A stretch of DNA of 64,000 nt from Armatimonadota bacterium (GCA_046292385.1 JBKBRF010000001.1:127305-191304); one strand, 5' to 3'; positions 9,548 to 19,790 are shown, numbered from the stretch's first letter. The notes: a model not told the origin generated them from the sequence alone. Numbers and translations are program-made.

Positions 9548-10255
9548 ATGCGTGTGCTCGGTATCATTCCCGCTCGCGGCGGGTCCAAAGGTGTGCCCCG
9601 CAAGAATGTCCGCCCCCTCGCGGGTCGGCCGCTGCTGGCCTACACTGCCGACGCGGCGCTCGGCGCGAAGTCGCTGACCCGCACCATCCTGACGACCGAC
9701 GACCCCGAGATCGCGCAGGTTGGGCGGGACTGCGGGTTGGACGTGCCGTTCCTTCGTCCGGCAGAGCTGGCGCAGGATGATACGCCGACCAAGCCGGTGC
9801 TGCAGCACGCCGTGCGCTGTTTGGAAGCGGAAGGGGAGCGGTGGGACGCCATCTGTCTGCTGCAGCCGACTAACCCTCTTCGCGGCGCCGACGTGGTCGA
9901 CGCTTGCGTGCGGATGTTCGTCGAGCGGGAGGCGGACGCGGTGGTGACGGTACTTGCCGTCCCGCCGGAATACAATCCCCACTGGGTTTACTTCCAGGAC
10001 GAGAGCGGGTCGCTCCGGATCAGCACCGGTGAAGCGGAGCCGATCCCCCGGCGGCAGGCGCTCCCGCCCGCCTTCCATCGAGAAGGCTCTGTCTACGTAA
10101 TGCGCCGCGACGTGTTGATGGAGCGAGACAGCCTTTTCGGGGAACGGCTCTTCGGCTATGCGCTCGATCCGAGCCAGTCGGTCAACATCGATACTCCCGC
10201 CGATTGGGCCGAAGCGGAGCGACTCCTCACCACGGCGGCTGCGACACCTTTTTAG
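9548..10255 (+). CDS. neuA: Acylneuraminate cytidylyltransferase
   Basis: Start re-called at ATG 9548: MRVLGIIPARGGSKGVPRKN; LLQPTNPLR; NIDTPADW. Confidence 0.92.
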   Translation: MRVLGIIPARGGSKGVPRKNVRPLAGRPLLAYTADAALGAKSLTRTILTTDDPEIAQVGRDCGLDVPFLRPAELAQDDTPTKPVLQHAVRCLEAEGERWDAICLLQPTNPLRGADVVDACVRMFVEREADAVVTVLAVPPEYNPHWVYFQDESGSLRISTGEAEPIPRRQALPPAFHREGSVYVMRRDVLMERDSLFGERLFGYALDPSQSVNIDTPADWAEAERLLTTAAATPF

Positions 10256-10262
10256 AAACAGC

Positions 10263-11492
10263 ATGAACGATTACGCGATACAGGTCGACCGGATCAGCAA
10301 GCAGTATCGCCTCGGGGCGTCTGTGGAGCGCTACGACACCCTGCGGGACCAGATTGCCCACGCGATCAAGCGACCGTTCCGGCGCGCGGCCAAGAAGGCG
10401 GATGCCACCGCGTTCTGGGCGCTGCAGGACGTCTCTTTCGATGTTCGCCCTGGTGAGGTAATAGGCGTTATCGGCCGGAACGGAGCCGGGAAGAGCACGC
10501 TGTTGAAAGTGCTCTCGCGAATCACGGAGCCCACCAAGGGCCGAGTGCGCATCCGAGGCCGTGTTGGCTCGCTGCTCGAGGTGGGCACCGGCTTCCACCC
10601 GGAGCTGAGCGGCCGCGAGAACACCTATCTAAACGGCGCCATTCTGGGGATGTCCCGCCGGGAGATCGACCGAAAGTTCGACGAGATCGTCGACTTCTCC
10701 GAGGTCGGGAAGTTCATCGATACCCCGGTCAAGCATTACTCCAGCGGCATGCACCTTCGCCTCGCCTTTGCGGTGGCAGCCCACCTGGAGCCGGAGATCC
10801 TGCTGGTGGACGAGGTGCTGGCGGTGGGCGACCTCGCGTTCCAGAGAAAGTGCCTCGGCAAGATGGAAGAGGTGGGCAGCCTCGGCCGTACGGTACTCTT
10901 CGTCAGCCACAATCTCGGCGCCGTGAAGGAGCTCTGCCAGACCAGCATCGTGATGCGAAACGGCCAGGTGGACTTCCGCGGCTCCGCCGTCGAGGGGGTG
11001 ACCCGCTATACTCGCAGCTTTCTCGAGGGTGACCGCAGCACCGATGGCGACGAGCTGACTACCGGCTGGCGAACGGTGGAGATCCAGCATCAGGGACGGA
11101 GGGTGGAGAGCGCGATCCCCGGCACGGACCCGTTCGTCGCCCGGGCGACCCTGGCGGTCAGTCAGCCGATCCCGAAGGCGCGTCTCTACTGCATCATCCA
11201 TGACTCGAACGGGGACTGCGTGTCGCACCACTACATCGACACGCCGAGCATCGCCACAGACGGGTTCGCGCCGGGTCGCTACCAGATTCACGCTTCCTTC
11301 CCGCCGCTCTGGCTGGCGCCGGATGCCTACACGCTCCACTTCAAGCTGCTGGGCAAGAACTCCGACGGCCAGGAAGAACGGCACGTTTCGGAGCGCGTGC
11401 TCCTCGACATCACCGACACCTCGGGGCAGATGGACGGCAAGGTGCGCGCGCGGCTCCTGCCGCCGCTCGACTGGAAGCTGACCGGCGTATAG
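10263..11492 (+). CDS. wzt: ABC polysaccharide exporter ATPase with C-terminal Wzt_C-like domain
   Basis: GRNGAGKST, YSSGM, ILLVDEVLAVGD, VSH, plus about 150 aa of beta-rich C-terminal extension. Confidence 0.93.
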   Translation: MNDYAIQVDRISKQYRLGASVERYDTLRDQIAHAIKRPFRRAAKKADATAFWALQDVSFDVRPGEVIGVIGRNGAGKSTLLKVLSRITEPTKGRVRIRGRVGSLLEVGTGFHPELSGRENTYLNGAILGMSRREIDRKFDEIVDFSEVGKFIDTPVKHYSSGMHLRLAFAVAAHLEPEILLVDEVLAVGDLAFQRKCLGKMEEVGSLGRTVLFVSHNLGAVKELCQTSIVMRNGQVDFRGSAVEGVTRYTRSFLEGDRSTDGDELTTGWRTVEIQHQGRRVESAIPGTDPFVARATLAVSQPIPKARLYCIIHDSNGDCVSHHYIDTPSIATDGFAPGRYQIHASFPPLWLAPDAYTLHFKLLGKNSDGQEERHVSERVLLDITDTSGQMDGKVRARLLPPLDWKLTGV

Positions 11493-11515
11493 CCGGCGGA
11501 AGAGGTCCTCAATCC

Positions 11516-13246
11516 ATGTGCGGGATTCTCGCGATCGCCGGCCCCGGCGCGAGCCGAAGCCGGGCCGAAGCGGCCGTTCTGAAACAGAGCCATCGCGGTC
11601 CGGACGCCACCGGTCTCTTCGCCGATCCGGAGCGCCGGGTCGCCCTGGGCCACAACCGGCTCAGCATCATCGATCTTTCGCCCGCCGGGCGGCAGCCGAT
11701 GGTCGACGCTTCCGGCCGATACCACATCGTCTTCAACGGCGAGATCTACAACTACCTGGAGCTCCGGCGGGAGCTGCAGCGGGAGTGCCAGTTCCGCACG
11801 GGCACCGACACGGAGGTGCTGCTCGCCGCCTACCTCCAGTGGGGGCCGGCCTGTCTGGACCGCCTGATCGGCATGTTCGCCTTCGCCGTGTGGGATCAGC
11901 GGGAGCAGTCGCTGTTCGCCGCGCGGGACCGCTTCGGGGTCAAGCCGCTCTACTACCACGTGGAGGCGGACGGGACTCTCCTGCTCTCCAGCGAGATCAA
12001 GGCGCTCCACGCGGCGGGTGTCTCGCGCCGGCCGGACGCCGCTACCTGGGCGGGCTACCTGGCCCACGGGCTGTACGAGCGAGGCGAGCATACCTTCTGG
12101 GAGGGGGTGCACACCGTGCCGCCGGGGGCGGCGCTTCGCTTCCGAGACGGTGCCCTGGAGATCCGCCGGTGGTACGATCTAGCCTCGCACGCAGACGCGG
12201 AGTACGATTCACGGAGCGTGCAGGAAGTCCAGGAAGAGTATCTCGACCTGCTGAAGGAGAGCGTGCAGCTCCGGTTCCGGGCGGACGTCCCCGTAGGCAT
12301 TAACCTGAGCGGTGGTCTCGATTCGTCGACGCTGCTGGGGCTGGTGCAGGCGGTGCAGGGAGAGCAGAGCGAAGTCCAGGCCTTTACCTTCGCGACCGGA
12401 GACGCGGCCTACGACGAGACCCCATGGGTGCAGCAGATGCTCGCCCGCACTCGTCATCCGTCCGTAATCTGTACCCTGACCGCCGAGCAGGTGCCGGCTC
12501 TCGCCGCCTCCGTGCAGGCGTTTCAGGACGAGCCGTTCGGTGGGCTGCCGACCCTCGCCTACGCCCGGGTCTTCGAAGAAGCCCGGCAGCGAGGCGTGAT
12601 CGTGCTGCTGGACGGGCAGGGCATGGACGAGCAGTGGGCCGGGTACGACTATTATCTCCGGGCGCTGAACGGGAGCGCGTCGGCCAGCACCGTGCAGGGG
12701 ACCTCCGATTCCCCCGTGCGCCCGGAATGCCTCCGTCCGGAGCTCCGGGAGCTGGCGGAGCCGCTGCGGCCGGAGACCCCCTTCCCGGACCCGCTGCGGA
12801 ACCTCCAGTACCGCGACGTCCGGTATACCAAGATTCCGCGGGCCCTCCGGTTCAACGATCGGGTCTCCATGCGCTCCTCGACGGAGCTGCGGGAGCCGTT
12901 CCTGGACCACCGCCTCTTCGAGCTCGCCTTCCGCCAGCCGGCGGAGCGCAAGATCGCGGACGGCACCCGGAAGTGGCTCTTGCGCCAGGCGGTCCGTCCT
13001 ATCCTGCCCCAGGGCGTGGTGGAAGCTCCCAAGCGTCCGCTGCAGACTCCACAGCGGGAGTGGCTGCGCGGGCCGCTGTGCGCCTGGGCGGAAGAGTTGA
13101 TCGAGACGGCGCTGACAGGCCCGCCCCGGGAGTGGCTGGACGCTCAACAGGTCCGAAAGACCTGGACGGCGTACCGGCAGGGCCAGAGTGACAACAGCTT
13201 CTACGTGTGGCAGTGGCTCTCTGTGGCGCTCTGTCTCCACGAGTAG
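11516..13246 (+). CDS. asnB: Glutamine-hydrolysing asparagine-synthase-like amidotransferase (WbpS type)
   Basis: N-terminal MCGI, HRGPD, NGEIYNY, RDRFGVKPL, LSGGLDSS, LREPFLDH. Confidence 0.9.
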   Translation: MCGILAIAGPGASRSRAEAAVLKQSHRGPDATGLFADPERRVALGHNRLSIIDLSPAGRQPMVDASGRYHIVFNGEIYNYLELRRELQRECQFRTGTDTEVLLAAYLQWGPACLDRLIGMFAFAVWDQREQSLFAARDRFGVKPLYYHVEADGTLLLSSEIKALHAAGVSRRPDAATWAGYLAHGLYERGEHTFWEGVHTVPPGAALRFRDGALEIRRWYDLASHADAEYDSRSVQEVQEEYLDLLKESVQLRFRADVPVGINLSGGLDSSTLLGLVQAVQGEQSEVQAFTFATGDAAYDETPWVQQMLARTRHPSVICTLTAEQVPALAASVQAFQDEPFGGLPTLAYARVFEEARQRGVIVLLDGQGMDEQWAGYDYYLRALNGSASASTVQGTSDSPVRPECLRPELRELAEPLRPETPFPDPLRNLQYRDVRYTKIPRALRFNDRVSMRSSTELREPFLDHRLFELAFRQPAERKIADGTRKWLLRQAVRPILPQGVVEAPKRPLQTPQREWLRGPLCAWAEELIETALTGPPREWLDAQQVRKTWTAYRQGQSDNSFYVWQWLSVALCLHE

Positions 13247-13333
13247 CTCGATTCGAACCTCTGGCGTTGGGTCCAGTCGACGCCCGCGCCGACATTGCAC
13301 GTGAGGAACGCGTCCGCCTGCCGGCGCCGATGA

Positions 13334-14500
13334 GTGCTGACTAATGAGAGAAGAGAGTCTGCTTTGAGCTCCATATCCGGACACGTGCGGAAGCTTGGCA
13401 AGCTAGCTTTAAACGAATTTCGAAAGCGGCAGTTGGAAGCTGGCGAGGAAGGGTGGGGAAAGCCCCAACCGCTCCCGCCCGCCGTCCGTGGAATGGCGCG
13501 TGACCACTCGGTGCGCGTCGCGGTGATCGGCGCGGGAAGCCAGGGAATCGCGCAGTGTCGGGGCCTCGCCAGCATCCCCGGAGTGGAGATCGCCGGGATC
13601 GCCGACCTCAATCCGGACCGACTTCAACTGGCAGGGAAGGCGCTTCAGCTTTCCCCAAAGGTCTGTTTCACCGATGCCGAAGAGATGCTCCGAGGGGCGG
13701 CGCCGCTCGACCTGGTCAGCATTGCGACCACGGCTCCGACCCACGTGCTGCTCGGCAGCCTGGCGCTCGGCGCGGGGGCTCGATGCATCTTGCTCGAGAA
13801 GCCGATGGATGTCTCCCTGGCGGCCGCTCGAGCCTTTACGCGGCAGTGCGAGAGCGCGGGGGTGCGGCTGGCGATCAACTACTCCCGGCGCTGGCTTGTC
13901 GACCACCGCGCCGTCAGGCGCGCGCTCGCAGCCGGCCTGATCGGAACGCCGCGCAGCCTTGCCATCACCATCGGCAAGGGTGAGCTGGCGATGCACGCCT
14001 CTCACTATTTCGACCTCTCGAGGTTCCTGCTCGACTCCGAGCCGGCCTGGGTCCAGGCTCACCTGGAGCCGATCGCGGAAGAGAACATCCGGGGCGCCCA
14101 GTACACCGATCCTTCCGGCCACTGCACGATTGGCTTTCAGAACGGTGCTCGCGCTTTCATCGACTTCTCTTCGGACCTGGTGAACAAGGATCCGTTCATC
14201 ACGGTCAAGGGGACGCAGGGGCAGATCACGATCGACGAGCAGCGGCTGTTCTGGACCATGCAGAGCCGCAGCCAGCGCACCTGGACCTTCCCGTTTGCGG
14301 AAGACCTTCGATCCGCCACGACTTTCCCACGGGTGGCCGCGGAGTTACTTTCGGGTGAGAGGCCCGCCTGCACCGGTCACGACGGAGCGGTTGCGCTGGA
14401 GATGATCCTCGGCGCGCACCTCTCCGATCGCCACCAGAGCCAGGTGGTCCGATTCCCGCTTTCGGATGAGGATGCGGACCTGGGGATCGTGTTCCCATGA
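13334..14500 (+). CDS. Gfo/Idh/MocA family oxidoreductase
   Basis: VAVIGAGSQG, LEKPM, NYSRRW, SHYFDL. Start uncertain (alternative ATG 13493). Confidence 0.85.
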   Translation: MLTNERRESALSSISGHVRKLGKLALNEFRKRQLEAGEEGWGKPQPLPPAVRGMARDHSVRVAVIGAGSQGIAQCRGLASIPGVEIAGIADLNPDRLQLAGKALQLSPKVCFTDAEEMLRGAAPLDLVSIATTAPTHVLLGSLALGAGARCILLEKPMDVSLAAARAFTRQCESAGVRLAINYSRRWLVDHRAVRRALAAGLIGTPRSLAITIGKGELAMHASHYFDLSRFLLDSEPAWVQAHLEPIAEENIRGAQYTDPSGHCTIGFQNGARAFIDFSSDLVNKDPFITVKGTQGQITIDEQRLFWTMQSRSQRTWTFPFAEDLRSATTFPRVAAELLSGERPACTGHDGAVALEMILGAHLSDRHQSQVVRFPLSDEDADLGIVFP

Positions 14501-15513
14501 GGGAGGCCCCGTTCGTTACCTCCGCCGTACGCCCCTGGAAGCTCACCGAGGACCGGGAGCCACTGCGGGTAGTGATCGTCGGAGCCGGGAAGATGGCCCG
14601 CGCTCACCTGGAAGTGCTCCGGGACCTGCCGGGAGTTAGCCTGGCCGGGATCTCGAACCGGAGCAGCGATGCAGGTGAGCGCCTGGCGAGCGAATTCAAC
14701 ATCGAGCGCGCCTACCGCGACACGGAGCAGATGCTGACGGAGGCCCGTCCCGATGCCGCCATCATTGCGGTCAGCCACAGCGTCACCTACCCGATCACGC
14801 GAATGATCCTCCAGATGGGTGTGCCCTGCCTGATCGAGAAGCCGGCCGGCTATACGGTGGAAGAGACGCGGGAGCTTGCGGAGATCGCCGGTCAGCGTGG
14901 GGTGATTAACGTGGTGGCTCTGAATCGCCGCTACTACTCCGCCGTCAACCGGGCGCTGCTGGCGGTGATGCAGTACGGACCGGTGCGAGGGGTCGTAGTG
15001 GAAGCGAACGACTCGGTGGAGCGGTTTCGGAGCCGGCGCGCGTTTGACAACTGGCTCTACCAGAGCTGGTTAGTAGCGAACGGAATCCACGCTGTCGATC
15101 TGCTGCGGATGATTGCCGGGGATGCGGTTCGCGTCGCCTCGATCCGGCAGTCCTGGACCGAGCCGTGCCCGGACAGCCTGTCCAGCATCGTGGAGATGGA
15201 GAGCGGCTGCATTGGCACCTTTGTCGCGCACTGGAACAGCCGTGGATACCACGCTCTCAAAATCTTCGGACGTGGAGTCATGGCGGACCTCCGCCCAGTT
15301 GAGTACGGATTTCTGCGATACGATACCGGGCGAGTGATAAGGGTGAATCAGGACTCCGTGGACACCAGGTATAAACCGGGAGTCTACGGGCAGATGGTGG
15401 CATTCCTGCAGGCTGTGTGCGATGGCCAACCGGCAGGGTTTCCCGCCTCCGACCTTGCTGATTCAGTCAAGACGATGACGCTGATATCGCAGATCGCGGG
15501 AGCAGGAGTGTAG
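14497..15513 (+). CDS. Gfo/Idh/MocA family oxidoreductase
   Basis: VIVGAGKMA, IEKPAG, LNRRYY, NGIHAVDL; ATGA overlap with the upstream gene. Confidence 0.85.
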   Translation: MREAPFVTSAVRPWKLTEDREPLRVVIVGAGKMARAHLEVLRDLPGVSLAGISNRSSDAGERLASEFNIERAYRDTEQMLTEARPDAAIIAVSHSVTYPITRMILQMGVPCLIEKPAGYTVEETRELAEIAGQRGVINVVALNRRYYSAVNRALLAVMQYGPVRGVVVEANDSVERFRSRRAFDNWLYQSWLVANGIHAVDLLRMIAGDAVRVASIRQSWTEPCPDSLSSIVEMESGCIGTFVAHWNSRGYHALKIFGRGVMADLRPVEYGFLRYDTGRVIRVNQDSVDTRYKPGVYGQMVAFLQAVCDGQPAGFPASDLADSVKTMTLISQIAGAGV

Positions 15514-15702
15514 CACGGCCCTGCTCAGGCCCGGAGCGTGTGCTGTTCGCAGACCGCTTCCCCGCCTGGAGTCGACGCATTCCTGCCGCCGAATCGCGAC
15601 CCACACTGAACCAGCATCACCTGATGAAGCGCGGACGAATGTTACTTCGCGCCGCCGACAAGTTTGCGAGCGAGCTCAAGCTCTAGGGGAGAATTAGTAC
15701 CA

Positions 15703-16698
15703 ATGTTTAACGGCAAGAACATCCTCGTCACGGGCGCCACGGGCTCGTTCGGTAAGAAGTTCGTGGAGATGATGCTCCGCGATTACCAGCCGAACAAGCT
15801 GATCGTGTTCAGCCGCGACGAGTTGAAGCAGCACGAGATGCGGCACTCGTTCCCGGACATCGGGACCTCGCCGATGCGGTACTTCATCGGCGACGTGCGC
15901 GACGTGGAGCGGCTCCGACGTGCAATGCGAGGGGTCCATATCGTGGTGCACGCCGCCGCGCTGAAGCAGGTGCCCGCCTGCGAGTACAACCCGATGGAGG
16001 CGATCGCGACCAACGTGATCGGCGGCAAGAACGTGATCGACGCGGCGCTGGACTGCGGCGTGGAGCGGGTGCTGGCGCTCAGTACGGACAAGGCCGCCAA
16101 CCCGGTCAACCTCTACGGCGCCACCAAGCTCTGCGCGGAAAAGCTGTTCGTCCAGAGCAACGCCTATTCCGGCACGGATGGGACGCGGTTTAGCTGCGTG
16201 CGCTACGGCAACGTGGTCGGCAGCCGCGGCAGCGTGATCCCGCTCTTTCTGGAGCAGCGGAAGACCGGGCAGATCACCGTGACCGACTCCCGCATGACCC
16301 GCTTCTGGATCACGCTGGAGCAGGGCGTGCGCTTCGTGATGAACTGCATCGAGCAGATGCAGGGGGGCGAGGTCTTCATTCCGAAGATCCCGAGCATGAA
16401 CATCATGAGCCTGGTCCAGGCGATCGCGCCGGAGTGCCGGGTGAACGAGATCGGGATCCGGCCGGGAGAAAAGCTCCACGAGGCGCTGGTCTCCGAGGAC
16501 GAGGCGCGAGACACGGTGGAGTTGGAGAGCATGTTCGTGATCCAGCCGGCCCATCCGTGGTGGGTCGCCCGCGGGGAGCGCTGGGCGCAGTATCCTCGCC
16601 TGCCGGAAGGCTTCAGCTACACCAGCAGCAATAACAGCAAGTGGCTCTCGGTTCAGCAGCTCCAGGAGCTCGCCGGGCTCGCGGAAGTAGAGGCTTAG
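15703..16698 (+). CDS. pseB: UDP-GlcNAc 4,6-dehydratase (inverting)
   Basis: TGATGSFG, SRDELKQ, HAAALKQVPACEYNP, LSTDKAANPVNLYGATK, RYGNVVGSRGSVIP; GGAG before ATG 15703. Confidence 0.93.
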   Translation: MFNGKNILVTGATGSFGKKFVEMMLRDYQPNKLIVFSRDELKQHEMRHSFPDIGTSPMRYFIGDVRDVERLRRAMRGVHIVVHAAALKQVPACEYNPMEAIATNVIGGKNVIDAALDCGVERVLALSTDKAANPVNLYGATKLCAEKLFVQSNAYSGTDGTRFSCVRYGNVVGSRGSVIPLFLEQRKTGQITVTDSRMTRFWITLEQGVRFVMNCIEQMQGGEVFIPKIPSMNIMSLVQAIAPECRVNEIGIRPGEKLHEALVSEDEARDTVELESMFVIQPAHPWWVARGERWAQYPRLPEGFSYTSSNNSKWLSVQQLQELAGLAEVEA

Positions 16699-16707
16699 GT
16701 TAACCGG

Positions 16708-17910
16708 ATGCGCTCGCCCGCTTCGCTCGCGCTGCACGGGGGCACCCCGGTCCGCTCCTCGCTGCTCCCGTATGGCCGGCAGAAGATCGATGAGGACGAT
16801 CTTCGCGCCGTGCAGGAAGTGCTGCAGTCCGACTGGCTGACCACCGGCCCCACCGTCGACGCGTTCGAGGCGGCCGTGGCGGAGCTCGTGGGGGCCGCGC
16901 ACGGCGTGGCGGTGACGAACGGAACCGCCGCGCTGCACTGCGCCATGCACGCGCTGGGCATCGGCCCCGGGGACGAAGTGATCGTCCCGACGATGACCTT
17001 CGCGGCCTCGGCGAACTGCGCGGTGTTCCAGGGGGCGACCCCGGTGTTTGCCGACGTCGACCCGGAGACCCTGCTGCTCGATCCGGAGCAAGTCCGCCGC
17101 CTCCTCACGCCGCGGACCCGCGCGGTGGTGGCGGTCGACTACGCCGGCCAGCCGTGCGACTACGACGCGCTCCGGGCCGTGACCGAGCCGGCCGGGATTC
17201 CGATCGTGGCGGATGGGTGTCATGCCCTCGGCGGCAGCTACCAGGGCGTGCCGGTCGGATCCGCGGCGGACCTGACGGTCTTCAGCTTTCACCCGGTGAA
17301 GCACCTCACCACGGGCGAGGGCGGGATGATCACCACCGCGAATGCGGAGTGGGCGCGCCGGATGCGGGTGTTCCGGAACCACGGCATCACGACCGACCAC
17401 CGGCAGCGCAGTGAGAAGGGCTCCTGGTTCTATGAGATGGTCGACCTGGGCTACAACTACCGGCTGACCGACATCCAGTGCGCGCTGGGGCTAAGCCAGC
17501 TCCGGAAGCAGCGGGACTGGGTGCGCCGCCGCCAGGAGATCGCCGCCCACTACGATCGCGAGCTGGCGGAGATCCCGGCGGTGAGCCCGCTCACCCGGCG
17601 CCCGGGCGTCTCTCACGCTTACCACCTCTACGTGGTGCTGCTGGAGAGCGAGCGGCTGGCGGTGCCGCGAGGCGAGGTGTTCGCCGCCCTCCGCGCGGAA
17701 GGGATCGGGGTGAACGTCCACTACGTGCCGGTGCACCTGCACCCGTTCTACCGGGACCGGTTCGGCACCCGTCCCGGCCTCTGCCCGGTGGCGGAAGCGG
17801 CCTACGAGCGGATGCTGAGCCTGCCGATGTTCCCCACGATGTCCGACCGCGACGTCGAAGACGTGCTGGCGGCGGTCCGGAAGGTCAGCGACGCATACAC
17901 GTCTTTCTGA
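16708..17910 (+). CDS. pseC: UDP-4-amino-4,6-dideoxy-N-acetyl-beta-L-altrosamine transaminase
   Basis: LPYGRQKIDEDD, WLTTGP, FSFHPVKHLTTGEGG, LGYNYRLTDIQ; follows pseB. Confidence 0.9.
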   Translation: MRSPASLALHGGTPVRSSLLPYGRQKIDEDDLRAVQEVLQSDWLTTGPTVDAFEAAVAELVGAAHGVAVTNGTAALHCAMHALGIGPGDEVIVPTMTFAASANCAVFQGATPVFADVDPETLLLDPEQVRRLLTPRTRAVVAVDYAGQPCDYDALRAVTEPAGIPIVADGCHALGGSYQGVPVGSAADLTVFSFHPVKHLTTGEGGMITTANAEWARRMRVFRNHGITTDHRQRSEKGSWFYEMVDLGYNYRLTDIQCALGLSQLRKQRDWVRRRQEIAAHYDRELAEIPAVSPLTRRPGVSHAYHLYVVLLESERLAVPRGEVFAALRAEGIGVNVHYVPVHLHPFYRDRFGTRPGLCPVAEAAYERMLSLPMFPTMSDRDVEDVLAAVRKVSDAYTSF

Positions 17911-17925
17911 AGTAGGATTCGGCGG

Positions 17926-18678
17926 ATGAGAACCGTTGCAATTGTTCAGGCAAGAATGACATCAACGCGGCTTCCGGGCAAGGTGTTGCTCGACCTTGCT
18001 GGAAGCCCCGTATTGTCCTGGCAGATCCGAAGACTTAGCCTTTCGACTCAGATCGACGACATCGTAATAGCTACCACTACCAACGCTTGTGATGATCCTA
18101 TCGTGGAAGTAGCTAGGCAGGCTGGAGTTAACTACTTCAGAGGCGACGAACACAATGTGGTAGATCGGTTTGTCGGGGCGGCTGAAAAATACGAAGCGGA
18201 TGTCATCGTTCGACTGACGGCGGACTGCCCGCTTAGTGATCCGCGTCTCGTCGATCAGGTTGTTTCGGCGCTCATCAAGAGACAGCATCAAGTAGATTAT
18301 TGCGCTAATATAATAAATCGGACGTATCCTCGCGGATTTGACGTGGAAGCCTTGTTCGTTGATGTATTGCTTCGCATCCAACGATTGGCCATCACTAAAC
18401 AGGATCGGGAGCACGTAACGTTACCACCTCGAGACAATCGATCTCACCTGTTCGTTCGTCATTCAATCGAAGGTGATAGCGACAACTCTGACTTGAGAGT
18501 AACGCTTGATTGTGCTGAGGACTTACAGCTACTTCGGGCCTTGGCAGAATCCTATAAGTCTAGCTTTGTTGGACTGTCGTGCAATGAAGTCGTTTCAGTT
18601 CTTCGTGAGCACCCGGAGTGGGCTTTCGTGAACTCAGGCCACACGACTTGGGAGCCCTCTGAACGCCAAACTACATAG
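17926..18678 (+). CDS. pseF: Cytidylyltransferase (SpsF/PseF type)
   Basis: QARMTSTRLPGKVL, RLTADCPL, REHVT, RVTLD; position within the pse cluster; markedly lower GC. Confidence 0.8.
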   Translation: MRTVAIVQARMTSTRLPGKVLLDLAGSPVLSWQIRRLSLSTQIDDIVIATTTNACDDPIVEVARQAGVNYFRGDEHNVVDRFVGAAEKYEADVIVRLTADCPLSDPRLVDQVVSALIKRQHQVDYCANIINRTYPRGFDVEALFVDVLLRIQRLAITKQDREHVTLPPRDNRSHLFVRHSIEGDSDNSDLRVTLDCAEDLQLLRALAESYKSSFVGLSCNEVVSVLREHPEWAFVNSGHTTWEPSERQTT

Positions 18679-18690
18679 TCCACAGCCCTC

Positions 18691-19749
18691 ATGATGCACT
18701 CATTAGTCCGCGCCGACGCGTCGTTCGACATCGGGACCGGACACGTGATGCGCTGCCTGGCGCTGGCGCAGCAGGCGCTGGATCTTGGATCTCCCGTCAC
18801 GTGGGCGGCGGCAGAGCTTCCCGCGCCGCTGCGGGAGCGAATCGAAGCGGAAGGCATCGCGGTGGAGCGCGTGGCGGCCCGGCCCGGCTCACCCGACGAT
18901 GCCGCCGCGACGCTTGAGCTGATCCGCCGGTCGGAGCCGCGCTGGCTCGTGCTGGACGGGTATCAGTTTGGTCGGGAATACTGCCGGACACTCAGGCGGG
19001 GCGGCGCGTCGGTGCTGGCGCTGGACGACGGAGACCATGCGGAGCGCCTGTCCGCCGGCGAGCCGATTGAAGCCGATCTGGTGCTGAACCAGAACGTAGG
19101 CGCGGCGCCGGAGCTTTACACCGGAAGGGTGGAGCCGGAACGGGTGCTGGTGGGCCCCCGGTACGCGCTGCTTCGGCGCGAGTTCCGGCAGCATCCCAGC
19201 GGCGCCGGTGCGGTGGCGCGGGTCGCAACCCGGGTGCTGGTGACGATGGGCGGCAGCGATCCGCGAGGACTCACCGCGGCGGTAATTCGGGCGCTGAAGC
19301 TGCTCGGTGGATCCCTGGAAGCGCGGGTGCTGGCCGGCGCTGCCAATCCGCACTTCGAGGCGCTGCAGGAGCTGGCGCGGGGCGACGAGCGGATCCGGCT
19401 CATGCGCTCTGCCGCGGACATGCCCGCGGAGATGGCGTGGGCCGAGGTGGCCGTGGCGGCGGCGGGGAGCACCTGCTGGGAGCTGGCCTACATGGGGCTG
19501 CCGTCCGTGGTCATCCCGGCGGCCGACAACCAGCGGAGCATTGTGCGCGGGCTGGCGGCACTCGGCGCGGCGGTTTGCCTGGAGCCGGAGGGCATGCTCG
19601 AGCCGGGAATGATCCGGGACGCGCTCCAGCAGCTATTGGAGGACGCGGAGCAGCGCCGGCTCCTCCGTGACCGGATGCGGAGCCTGGTAGACGGGCAGGG
19701 CGCGGTCCGGGTGCTCACGCGGATGGCGGCGCTCGGCGCGGGAGCATGA
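18691..19749 (+). CDS. pseG: UDP-2,4-diacetamido-2,4,6-trideoxy-altropyranose hydrolase
   Basis: RADASFDIGTGHVMRCLALA, LDGY, GPRYALLRREF, TMGGSD, AAGSTCWE, ADNQ. Confidence 0.92.
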   Translation: MMHSLVRADASFDIGTGHVMRCLALAQQALDLGSPVTWAAAELPAPLRERIEAEGIAVERVAARPGSPDDAAATLELIRRSEPRWLVLDGYQFGREYCRTLRRGGASVLALDDGDHAERLSAGEPIEADLVLNQNVGAAPELYTGRVEPERVLVGPRYALLRREFRQHPSGAGAVARVATRVLVTMGGSDPRGLTAAVIRALKLLGGSLEARVLAGAANPHFEALQELARGDERIRLMRSAADMPAEMAWAEVAVAAAGSTCWELAYMGLPSVVIPAADNQRSIVRGLAALGAAVCLEPEGMLEPGMIRDALQQLLEDAEQRRLLRDRMRSLVDGQGAVRVLTRMAALGAGA

Positions 19750-19790
19750 GGCGGGCTATGCCGCGGCGAGTGCGGAAGGAGAACCCCGGA

